Under the pieces are notes generated by a model. It did no database searches, was not told where the DNA came from, and was given only the letters and a program-made list of their open reading frames with translations. Positions 26,201-37,500 of a DNA stretch of 64,000 nt are shown here, one piece after another. The stretch spans positions 52,638,001-52,702,000 of the forward strand of contig OZ024746.1 in the NCBI GenBank assembly GCA_964016885.1, in the 5' to 3' direction. The translations under genes and the position numbers were made by a program. Every line of letters begins with the position of its first letter. Within the stretch, counting starts at the first letter, position 1. The stretch is from Eledone cirrhosa (taxonomy: Eukaryota).

Positions 26201-28759
26201 TGCTGAGATAATAGTGTTGTTGTTGTTGTTATTGTAGTTAGTGGTTGCTGAGATGGTAGTGTTGTTGTTGTTGTTATTGTAGTTAGTGGTTGCTGAGATG
26301 GTAGTGTTGTTGTTGTTGTTATTGTAGTTAGTGGTTTCTGTGATGGTAGTGTTGTTGTTGTTGTTATTGTAGTTAGTGGTTGCTGTGATGGTAGTGTTGT
26401 TGTTGTTATTCTAGTTAGTGGTTGCTGAGATGGTAGTCTTGTTGTTGTTGTTATTGTAGTTAGTGGTTGCTGAGATGGTAGTGTTGTTGTTGCTGTTATT
26501 GTAGTTAGTGGTTTCTGTGATGGTAGTGTTGTTGTTGTTGTTATTGTAGTTAGTGGTTGCTGTGATGGTAGTGTTGTTGTTGTTATTCTAGTTAGTGGTT
26601 GCTGTGATGGTAGTGTTGTTGTTGTTGTTATTGTAGTTAGTGGTTTCTGTGATGGTAGTGTTGTTGTTGTTATTCTAGTTAGTGGTTGCTGTGATGGTAG
26701 TGTTGTTGTTGTTGTTATTGTAGTTAGTGGTTGCTGAGATGGTAGTGTTGTTGTTGTGGTTATTGTAGTTAGTGGTTGCTGAGATGGTAGTGTTGTTGTT
26801 GTTATTGTAGTTAGTGGTTGCTATGATGGTAGTGATGTTGTTGTTATTGTAGCTAGTGGTTGCTGTGTTGTTAGTGTTGTTGTTGTTATTGTAGTTAGTG
26901 GTTGCTGAGATGGTAGTGTTGTTGTTATTGTAGCTAGTGGTTGCTGTGATGATAGTGTTTTTGTTGTTATTGTAGTTAGTGGTTGCTATGATGGTAGTGT
27001 TGTTGTTGTTATTGTAGTTAGTGGTTGCTGTGATGGTAGTGTTGTTGTTATTATTGTAGTTAGAGGTTGCTGAGATGGTAGTGTTGTTGTTGTTATTCTA
27101 GTTAGTGGTTGCTGTGATGGTAGTGTTGTTGTTGTTGTTATTGTAGTTAGTGGTTTCTGTGATGGTAGTGTTGTTGTTGTTGTTACTATAGTTAGTGGTT
27201 TCTGTGATGGTAGTGTTGTTGTTGTTATTCTAGTTAGTGGTTGCTGTGATGGTAGTGTTGTTGTTATTATTGTAGTTAGAGCTTGCTGAGATGGTAGTGT
27301 TGTTGTTGTTGTTATTGTAGTTAGAGGTTGCTGTGATGGTAGTGTTGTTGTTGTTGTTATTGTAGTTAGTGGTTTCTGTGATGGTAATGTTGTTGTTGTT
27401 GTTATTGTAGTTAGTGGTTGCTGAGATAATAGTGTTGTTGTTGTTGTTATTGTAGTTAGTGGTTGCTGAGATGGTAGTGTTGTTGTTGTTGTTATTGTAG
27501 TTAGTGGTTTTTGTGATGGTAGTGTTGTTGTTGTTGTTATTGTAGTTAGTGGTTGCTGAGATGGTAGTGTTGTTGTTGTTGTTATTGTAGTTAGTGGTTT
27601 TTGTGATGGTAGTGTTGTTGTTGTTGTTATTGTAGTTAGTGGTTGTTGTGATGGTAGTGTTGTTGTTGTTATTGTAGTTAGTGGTTGCTGAGATGGTTGT
27701 GTTGTTGTTGTTGTTATTGTAGTTAGTGGTTTTTGTGATGGTAGTGTTGTTGTTGTTGTTATTGTAGTTAGTGGTTGCTGTGATGGTAGTGTTGTTGTTG
27801 TTATTGTAGTTAGTGGTTGCTGAGATGGTAGTGTTGTTGTTGTTGTTATTGTAGTTAGAGGTTGCTGTGATGGTAGTGTTGTTGTTGTTGTTATTGTAGT
27901 CAGTGGTTGCTGAGATAATAGTGTTGTTGTTGTTGTTATTGTAGTTACTGGTTACTGAGATGGTAGTGTTGTTGTTGTTATTGTAGTTAGTGGTTGCTGA
28001 GATGGTAGTGTTGTTGTTGTTGTTATTGTAGTTAGTGGTTTCTGTGATGGTAGTGTTGTTGTTGTTGTTGTTATTGTAGTTAGTGGTTGCTGAGATAATA
28101 GTGTTGTTGTTGTTGTTATTGTAGTTAGTGGTTGCTGAGATGGTAGTGTTGTTGTTGTTGTTATCGTAGTTAGTGGTTTCTGTGATGGTAGTGTTGTTGT
28201 TGTTGTTATTGTAGTTAGTGGTTGCTGAGATAATAGTGTTGTTGTTGTTGTTATTGTAGTTAGTGGTTGCTGAGATGGTAGTGTTGTTGTTGTTGTTATC
28301 GTAGTTAGTGGTTTCTGTGATGGTAGTGTTGTTGTTGTTGTTATTGTAGTTAGTGGTTGCTGAGATAATAGTGTTGTTGTTGTTGTTATTGTAGTTAGTG
28401 GTTGCTGAGATCGTAGTGTTGTTGTTGTTGTTATCGTAGTTAGTGGTTTCTGTGATGGTAGTGTTGTTGTTGTTGTTATTGTAGTTAGTGGTTGCTGAGA
28501 TAATAGTGTTGTTGTTGTTGTTATTGTAGTTAGTGGTTGCTGAGATGGTAGTGTTGTTGTTGTTGTTATTGTAGTTAGTGGTTGCTGAGATGGTAGTGTT
28601 GTTGTTGTTGTTATTGTAGTTAGTTGTTTCTGTGATGGTAGTGTTGTTGTTGTTGTTATTGTAGTTAGTGGTTGCTGTGATGGTAGTGTTGTTGTTGTTG
28701 TTATTGTAGTTAGTGGTTTCTGAGATGATAGTGTTGTTTTTGTTATTGTAGTTAGTGGT

Positions 28760-31700
28760 TGCTGAGATGGTAGTGTTGTTGTTGTTGTTATTGTAGTTAG
28801 TGGTTGCTGTGATGGTAGTGTTGTTGTTGTTGTTATTGTAGTTAGTGGTTGCTGTGATGGTAGTGTTGTTGTTGTTGTTATTGTAGTTAGTGGTTTCTGA
28901 GATGATAGTGTTGTTGTTGTTATTGTAGTTAGTGGTTGCTGTGATGGTAGTGTTGTTGTTGTTGTTATTGTAGTTAGTGGTTGCTGAGATGGTAGTGTTG
29001 TTGTTGTTGTTATTGTAGTTAGTGGTTTCTGTGATGGTAGTGTTGTTGTTGTTGTTATTGTAGTTAGTGGTTGCTGTGATGGTAGTGTTGTTGTTGTTGT
29101 TATTGTAGTTAGTGGTTTCTGTGATGGTAGTGTTGTTGTTGTTGTTATTGTAGTTAGTGGTTGCTGTGATGGTAGTGTTGTTGTTGTTGTTATTGTAGTT
29201 AGTGGTTTCTGTGATGGTAGTGTTGTTGTTGTTGTTATTGTAGTTAGTGGTTGCTGTGATGGTAGTGTTGTTGTTGTTGTTATTGTAGTTAGTGGTTTCT
29301 GTGATGGTAGTGTTGTTGTTGTTGTTATTGTAGTTAGTGGTTGCTGTGATGGTAGTGTTGTTGTTGTTGTTATTGTAGTTAGTGGTTTCTGTGATGGTAG
29401 TGTTGTTGTTGTTGTTATTGTAGTTAGTGGTTGCTGTGATGGTAGTGTTGTTGTTGTTGTTATTGTAGTTAGTGGTTGCTGTGATGGTAGTGTTGTTGTT
29501 GTTGTTATTGTAGTTAGGGGTTTCTGTGATGGTAGTGTTGTTGTTGTTGTTATTGTAGTTAGTGGTTGCTGTGATGGTAGTGTTGTTGTTGTTGTTATTG
29601 TAGTTAGTGGTTTCTGTGATGGTAGTGTTGTTGTTGTTGTTATTGTAGTTAGTGGTTGCTGTGATGGTAGTGTTGTTGTTGTTGTTATTGTAGTTAGTGG
29701 TTGCTGTGATGGTAGTGTTGTTGTTGTTGTTATTGTAGTTAGGGGTTTCTGTGATGGTAGTGTTGTTGTTGTTGTTATTGTAGTTAGTGGTTGCTGTGAT
29801 GGTAGTGTTGTTGTTGTTGTTATTGTAGTTAGTGGTTTCTGTGATGGTAGTGTTGTTGTTGTTGTTATTGTAGTTAGTGGTTGCTGTGATGGTAGTGTTG
29901 TTGTTGTTGTTATTGTAGTTAGTGGTTGCTGTGATGGTAGTGTTGTTGTTGTTGTTATTGTAGTTAGTGATTGCTGTGATGGTAGTGTTGTTATTGTTGT
30001 TATTGTAGTTAGTGGTTGCTGTGATGGTAGTGTTGTTGTTGTTGTTATTGTAGTTAGTGGTTTCTGTGATGGTAGTGTTGTTGTTGTTGTTATTGTAGTT
30101 AGTGGTTTCTGTGATGGTAGTGTTGTTGTTGTTGTTATTGTAGTTAGTGGTTGCTGTGATGGTAGTGTTGTTGTTGTTGTTATTGTAGTTAGTGGTTGCT
30201 GAGATGGTAGTCTTGTTGTTGTTGTTATTGTAGTTAGTGGTTTCTGTGATGGTAGTGTTGTTGTTGTTGTTATTGTAGTTAGTGGTTGCTGTGATGGTAG
30301 TGTTGTTGTTGTTGTTATTGTAGTTAGTGGTTTCTGTGATGGTAGTGTTGTTGTTGTTATTGTAGTTAGTGGTTGCTGAGATGGTAGTGTTGTTGTTGTT
30401 ATTGTAGCTAGTGGTTGCTGTGATGGTAGTGTTGTTGTTGTTATTGTAGTTAGTGGTTGCTGTGATGGTAGTGTTTTTGTTGTTATTGTAGTTAGTGGTT
30501 GCTATGATGGTAGTGTTGTTGTTGTTATTGTAGTTAGTGGTTGCTATGATGGTAGTGTTGTTGTTGTTATTGTAGCTAGTGGTTGCTGAGATGGTAGTGT
30601 TGTTGTTGTTGTTATTGTTGTTAGTGGTTGCTGAGATGGTAGTGTTGTTGTTGTTGTTATTGTAGTTAGTGGTTGCTGTGATGGTAGTGTTGTTGTTGTT
30701 ATTGTAGTTAGAGGTTGCTGAGATGGTAGTGTTGTTGTTGTTATTGTAGTTAGTGGTTGCTGAGATGGTAGTGTTGTTGTTGTTGTTATTGTAGTTAGTG
30801 GTTTCTGTGATGGTAGTGTTGTTGTTGTTGTTATTGTAGTTAGAGGTTTCTGAGATGGTAGTGTTGTTGTTGATGTTATTGTAGTTAGTGGTTTCTGTGA
30901 TGGTAGTGTTGTTGTTGTTATTGTAGTTAGTGGTTGCTGAGATAATAGTGTTGTTGTTGTTGTTATTGTAGTTAGTGGTTGCTGAGATGATAGTATTGTT
31001 GTTGTTGTTATTGTAGTTAGTGTTTGCTGAGATGGTAGTGTTGTTGTTGTTGTTAATGTAGTTAGTGGTTTCTGTGATGGTAGTGTTGTTGTTGTTGTTA
31101 TTGTAGTTAGTGGTTGCTGTGATGGTAGTGTTGTTGTTGTTATTGTAGTTAGTGGTTGCTGAGATGGTAGTGTTGTTGTTGTTGTTATAGGTAGTTAGTG
31201 GTTGCTGAGATGGTAGTGTTGTTGTTGTTGTTATTGAAGTTAGTGGTTTCTGTGATGGTAGTGTTGTTGTTGTTGTTATTGTAGTTAAAGGTTGCTGTGA
31301 TGGTAGTGTTGTTGTTGTTATTCTAGTTAGTGGTTGCTGTGATGGTAGTGTTGTTGTTGTTGTTATTGTAGTTAGTGGTTTCTGTGATGGTAGTGTTGTT
31401 GTTGTTATTGTAGTTAGTGGTTGCTGAGATGGTTGTGTTGTTGTTGTTATTGTAGTTAGTGGTTGCTGAGATGGTAGTGTTGTTGTTGTTGTTATTGTAG
31501 TTAGAGTTTGCTGAGATGGTAGTATTGTTGTTGTTGTTATTGTAGTTAGTGGTTGCTGTGATGGTAGTGTTGTTGTTGTTGTTATTGTAGTTAGAGGTTG
31601 CTGAGATGGTAGTGTTGTTGTTGTTATTGTAGTTAGTGGTTGCTGAGATGATAGTGTTGTTGTTGTTATTGTAGTTAGTGGTTGCTGTGATGGTAGTGTT

Positions 31701-34550
31701 GTTGTTGTTGTTATTGTAGTTAGTGGTTGCTGTGATGGTAGTGTTGTTGTTGTTGTTATTGTAGTTAGTGGTTTCTGAGATGATAGTGTTGTTGTTGTTA
31801 TTGTAGTTAGTGGTTGCTGTGATGGTAGTGTTGTTGTTGTTGTTATTGTAGTTAGTGGTTGCTGAGATGGTAGTGTTGTTGTTGTTGTTATTGTAGTTAG
31901 TGGTTTCTGTGATGGTAGTGTTGTTGTTGTTGTTATTGTAGTTAGTGGTTGCTGTGATGGTAGTGTTGTTGTTGTTGTTATTGTAGTTAGTGGTTTCTGT
32001 GATGGTAGTGTTGTTGTTGTTGTTATTGTAGTTAGTGGTTGCTGTGATGGTAGTGTTGTTGTTGTTGTTATTGTAGTTAGTGGTTTCTGTGATGGTAGTG
32101 TTGTTGTTGTTGTTATTGTAGTTAGTGGTTGCTGTGATGGTAGTGTTGTTGTTGTTGTTATTGTAGTTAGTGGTTTCTGTGATGGTAGTGTTGTTGTTGT
32201 TGTTATTGTAGTTAGTGGTTGCTGTGATGGTAGTGTTGTTGTTGTTGTTATTGTAGTTAGTGGTTTCTGTGATGGTAGTGTTGTTGTTGTTGTTATTGTA
32301 GTTAGTGGTTGCTGTGATGGTAGTGTTGTTGTTGTTGTTATTGTAGTTAGTGGTTGCTGTGATGGTAGTGTTGTTGTTGTTGTTATTGTAGTTAGGGGTT
32401 TCTGTGATGGTAGTGTTGTTGTTGTTGTTATTGTAGTTAGTGGTTGCTGTGATGGTAGTGTTGTTGTTGTTGTTATTGTAGTTAGTGGTTTCTGTGATGG
32501 TAGTGTTGTTGTTGTTGTTATTGTAGTTAGTGGTTGCTGTGATGGTAGTGTTGTTGTTGTTGTTATTGTAGTTAGTGGTTGCTGTGATGGTAGTGTTGTT
32601 GTTGTTGTTATTGTAGTTAGGGGTTTCTGTGATGGTAGTGTTGTTGTTGTTGTTATTGTAGTTAGTGGTTGCTGTGATGGTAGTGTTGTTGTTGTTGTTA
32701 TTGTAGTTAGTGGTTTCTGTGATGGTAGTGTTGTTGTTGTTGTTATTGTAGTTAGTGGTTGCTGTGATGGTAGTGTTGTTGTTGTTGTTATTGTAGTTAG
32801 TGGTTGCTGTGATGGTAGTGTTGTTGTTGTTGTTATTGTAGTTAGTGATTGCTGTGATGGTAGTGTTGTTATTGTTGTTATTGTAGTTAGTGGTTGCTGT
32901 GATGGTAGTGTTGTTGTTGTTGTTATTGTAGTTAGTGGTTTCTGTGATGGTAGTGTTGTTGTTGTTGTTATTGTAGTTAGTGGTTTCTGTGATGGTAGTG
33001 TTGTTGTTGTTGTTATTGTAGTTAGTGGTTGCTGTGATGGTAGTGTTGTTGTTGTTGTTATTGTAGTTAGTGGTTGCTGAGATGGTAGTCTTGTTGTTGT
33101 TGTTATTGTAGTTAGTGGTTTCTGTGATGGTAGTGTTGTTGTTGTTGTTATTGTAGTTAGTGGTTGCTGTGATGGTAGTGTTGTTGTTGTTGTTATTGTA
33201 GTTAGTGGTTTCTGTGATGGTAGTGTTGTTGTTGTTATTGTAGTTAGTGGTTGCTGAGATGGTAGTGTTGTTGTTGTTATTGTAGCTAGTGGTTGCTGTG
33301 ATGGTAGTGTTGTTGTTGTTATTGTAGTTAGTGGTTGCTGTGATGGTAGTGTTTTTGTTGTTATTGTAGTTAGTGGTTGCTATGATGGTAGTGTTGTTGT
33401 TGTTATTGTAGTTAGTGGTTGCTATGATGGTAGTGTTGTTGTTGTTATTGTAGCTAGTGGTTGCTGAGATGGTAGTGTTGTTGTTGTTGTTATTGTTGTT
33501 AGTGGTTGCTGAGATGGTAGTGTTGTTGTTGTTGTTATTGTAGTTAGTGGTTGCTGTGATGGTAGTGTTGTTGTTGTTATTGTAGTTAGAGGTTGCTGAG
33601 ATGGTAGTGTTGTTGTTGTTATTGTAGTTAGTGGTTGCTGAGATGGTAGTGTTGTTGTTGTTTTTATTGTAGTTAGTGGTTGCTGAGATGGTAGTGTTGT
33701 TGTTGTTGTTATTGTAGTTAGTGGTTTCTGTGATGGTAGTGTTGTTGTTGTTGTTATTGTAGTTAGAGGTTTCTGAGATGGTAGTGTTGTTGTTGATGTT
33801 ATTGTAGTTAGTGGTTTCTGTGATGGTAGTGTTGTTGTTGTTATTGTAGTTAGTGGTTGCTGAGATAATAGTGTTGTTGTTGTTGTTATTGTAGTTAGTG
33901 GTTGCTGAGATGATAGTATTGTTGTTGTTGTTATTGTAGTTAGTGTTTGCTGAGATGGTAGTGTTGTTGTTGTTGTTAATGTAGTTAGTGGTTTCTGTGA
34001 TGGTAGTGTTGTTGTTGTTGTTATTGTAGTTAGTGGTTGCTGTGATGGTAGTGTTGTTGTTGTTATTGTAGTTAGTGGTTGCTGAGATGGTAGTGTTGTT
34101 GTTGTTGTTATAGGTAGTTAGTGGTTGCTGAGATGGTAGTGTTGTTGTTGTTGTTATTGAAGTTAGTGGTTTCTGTGATGGTAGTGTTGTTGTTGTTGTT
34201 ATTGTAGTTAAAGGTTGCTGTGATGGTAGTGTTGTTGTTGTTATTCTAGTTAGTGGTTGCTGTGATGGTAGTGTTGTTGTTGTTGTTATTGTAGTTAGTG
34301 GTTTCTGTGATGGTAGTGTTGTTGTTGTTATTGTAGTTAGTGGTTGCTGAGATGGTTGTGTTGTTGTTGTTATTGTAGTTAGTGGTTGCTGAGATGGTAG
34401 TGTTGTTGTTGTTGTTATTGTAGTTAGAGTTTGCTGAGATGGTAGTATTGTTGTTGTTGTTATTGTAGTTAGTGGTTGCTGTGATGGTAGTGTTGTTGTT
34501 GTTGTTATTGTAGTTAGAGGTTGCTGAGATGGTAGTGTTGTTGTTGTTAT
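28760..34550 (+). repeat. Tandem duplication of a ~2.9-kb block (offset 2878, then 2923 after one extra 45-bp unit)
   Basis: AGGGG ending 29520/32398 and 29745/32623, AGTGA 29970/32848 and AGTC 30212/33090 have offset 2878. TGATG 30871/33794 and TTATAGG 31190/34113 have offset 2923, with the extra unit near 33660. Confidence 0.9.
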
Positions 34551-37500
34551 TCTAGTTAGTGGTTGCTGTGATGGTAGTGTTGTTGTTGTTGTTATTGTAG
34601 TTAGTGATTTCTGTGATGGTAGTGTTGTTGTTGTTATTGTAGTTAGAGCTTGCTGAGATGGTAGTGTTGTTGTTATTATTGTAGTTAGTGGTTTCTGTGA
34701 TGGTAGTGTTGTTCTTGTTATTGTAGTTAGTGGTTGCTGAGATGGTAGTGTTGTTGTTGTTGTTATTGTAGTTAGAGGTTGCTGTGATGGTAGTGTTGTT
34801 GTTGTTGTTATTGTAGTTAGTGGTTTCTGTGATGGTAGTGTTGTTGTTGTTGTTATTGTAGTTAGTGGTTTCTGTGATGGTAGTGTTGTTGTTGTTATTC
34901 TAGTTAGTGGTTGCTGTGATGGTAGTGTTGTTGTTATTATTGTAGTTAGAGCTTGCTGAAATGGTAGTGTTGTTGTTGTTGTTATTGTAGTTAGTGGTTT
35001 TTGTGATGGTAGTGTTGTTGTTGTTGTTATTGTAGTTAGTGGTTGCTGTGATGGTAGTGTTGTTGTTGTTATTGTAGTTAGTGGTTGCTGAGATGGTAGT
35101 GTTGTTGTTGTTGTTATTGTAGTTAGTGGTTGCTGTGATGGTAGTGTTGTTGTTGTTGTTATTGTAGTTAGTTTTTTTCTGTGATGGTAGTGTTGTTGTT
35201 GTTGTTATTGTAGTTAGTGGTTGCTGAGATAATAGTGTTGTTGTTGTTGTTATTGTAGTTAGTGGTTGCTGAGATGATAGTGTTGTTGTTGTTGTTATTG
35301 TAGTTAGTGGTTGCTGAGATGGTAGTGTTGTTGTTGTTGTTATTGTAGTTAGTGGTTTTTGTGATGGTAGTGTTGTTGTTGTTGTTATTGTAGTTAGTGG
35401 TTGCTGTGATGGTAGTGTTGTTGTTGTTATTGTAGTTAGTGGTTGCTGAGATGGTAGTGTTGTTGTTGTTGTTATTGTAGTTAGTGGTTTTTGTGATGGT
35501 AGTGTTGTTGTTGTTGTTATTGTAGTTAGTGGTTGCAGAGATGGTAGTGTTGTTGTTGTTATTGTAGTTAGTGGTTGCTGAGATGGTAGTGTTGTTGTTG
35601 TTGTTATTGTAGTTAGTGGTTTCTGTGATGGTAGTGTTGTTGTTGTTGTTATTGTAGTTAGTGGTTATTGAGATAATAGTGTTGTTGTTGTTGTTATTGT
35701 AGTTAGTGGTTGCTGAGATGGTAGTGTTGTTGTTGTTGTTATTCTAGTTAGTGGTTGCTGAGATGGTAGTGTTGTTGTTGTTGTTATTGTAGTTAGTGGT
35801 TTTTGTGATGGTAGTGTTGTTGTTGTTGTTATTGTAGTTAGTGGTTGCTGAGATGGTAGTGTTGTTGTTGTTGTTATTGTAGTTAGTGGTTTTTGTGATG
35901 GTAGTGTTGTTGTTGTTGTTATTGTAGTTAGTGGTTGCTGTGATGGTAGTGTTGTTGTTGTTATTGTAGTTAGTGGTTGCTGAGATGGTAGTGTTGTTGT
36001 TGTTGTTATTGTAGTTAGTGGTTTTTGTGATGGTAGTGTTGTTGTTGTTGTTATTGTAGTTAGTGGTTGCTGTGATGGTAGTGTTGTTGTTGTTATTGTA
36101 GTTAGTGGTTGCTGAGATGGTAGTGTTGTTGTTGTTGTTATTGTAGTTAGAGGTTGCTGTGATGGTAGTGTTGTTGTTGTTGTTATTGTAGTCAGTGGTT
36201 GCTGAGATAATAGTGTTGTTGTTGTTGTTATTGTAGTTACTGGTTACTGAGATGGTAGTGTTGTTGTTGTTATTGTAGTTAGTGGTTGCTGAGATGGTAG
36301 TGTTGTTGTTGTTGTTATTGTAGTTAGTGGTTTCTGTGATGGTAGTGTTGTTGTTGTTGTTGTTATTGTAGTTAGTGGTTGCTGAGATAATAGTGTTGTT
36401 GTTGTTGTTATTGTAGTTACTGGTTGCTGTGATGGTAGTGTTGTTGTTGTTGTTATTGTAGTTAGTGGTTTCTGTGATGGTAGTGTTGTTGTTGTTGTTG
36501 TTATTGTAGTCAGTGGTTGCTGAGATAATAGTGTTGTTGTTGTTGTTATTGTAGTTACTGGTTGCTGTGATGGTAGTGTTGTTGTTGTTGTTATTGTAGT
36601 TAGTGGTTTCTGTGATGGTAGTGTTGTTGTTGTTGTTGTTATTGTAGTCAGTGGTTGCTGAGATAATAGTGTTGTTGTTGTTGTTATTGTAGTTACTGGT
36701 TGCTGTGATGGTAGTGTTGTTGTTGTTATTGTAGTTAGTGGTTGCTGAGATGGTAGTGTTGTTGTTGTTGTTATTGTAGTTAGTGGTTTCTGTGATGGTA
36801 GTGTTGTTGTTGTTGTTGTTATTGTAGTTAGTGGTTGCTGAGATAATAGTGTTGTTGTTGTTGTTATTGTAGTTAGTGGTTGCTGAGATGGTAGTGTTGT
36901 TGTTGTTGTTATCGTAGTTAGTGGTTTCTGTGATGGTAGTGTTGTTGTTGTTATTGTAGTTAGTGGTTTCTGTGATGGTAGTGTTGTTGTTGTTGTTATT
37001 GTAGTTAGTGGTTGCTGTGATGGTAGTGTTGTTGTTGTTGTTATTGTAGTTAGTGGTTGCTGAGATAATAGTGTTGTTGTTGTTGTTATTGTAGTTAGTG
37101 GTTGCTGAGATGGTAGTGTTGTTGTTGTTGTTATTGTAGTTAGTGGTTGCTGAGATAATAGTGTTGTTGTTGTTGTTATTGTAGTTAGTGGTTGCTGAGA
37201 TGGTAGTGTTGTTGTCGTTGTTATTGTAGTTAGTGGTTGCTGAGATGGTAGTGTTGTTGTTGTTGTTATTGTAGTTAGTGGTTTCTGTGATGGTAGTGTT
37301 GTTGTTGTTGTTATTGTAGTTAGTGGTTGCTGTGATGGTAGTGTTGTTGTTGTTATTGTAGTTAGTGGTTGCTGAGATGGTAGTCTTGTTGTTGTTGTTA
37401 TTGTAGTTAGTGGTTGCTGAGATGGTAGTGTTGTTGTTGCTGTTATTGTAGTTAGTGGTTTCTGTGATGGTAGTGTTGTTGTTGTTGTTATTGTAGTTAG

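Noticed and set aside
29511-32623. Telomere-like TTAGGGG (and TTAGTGG/TTAGAGG) motifs or G-quadruplex potential
   Set aside because: The motifs are isolated, at most one per unit and never in tandem. Only four GGGG runs were seen and they are far apart; elsewhere there are only GG pairs.
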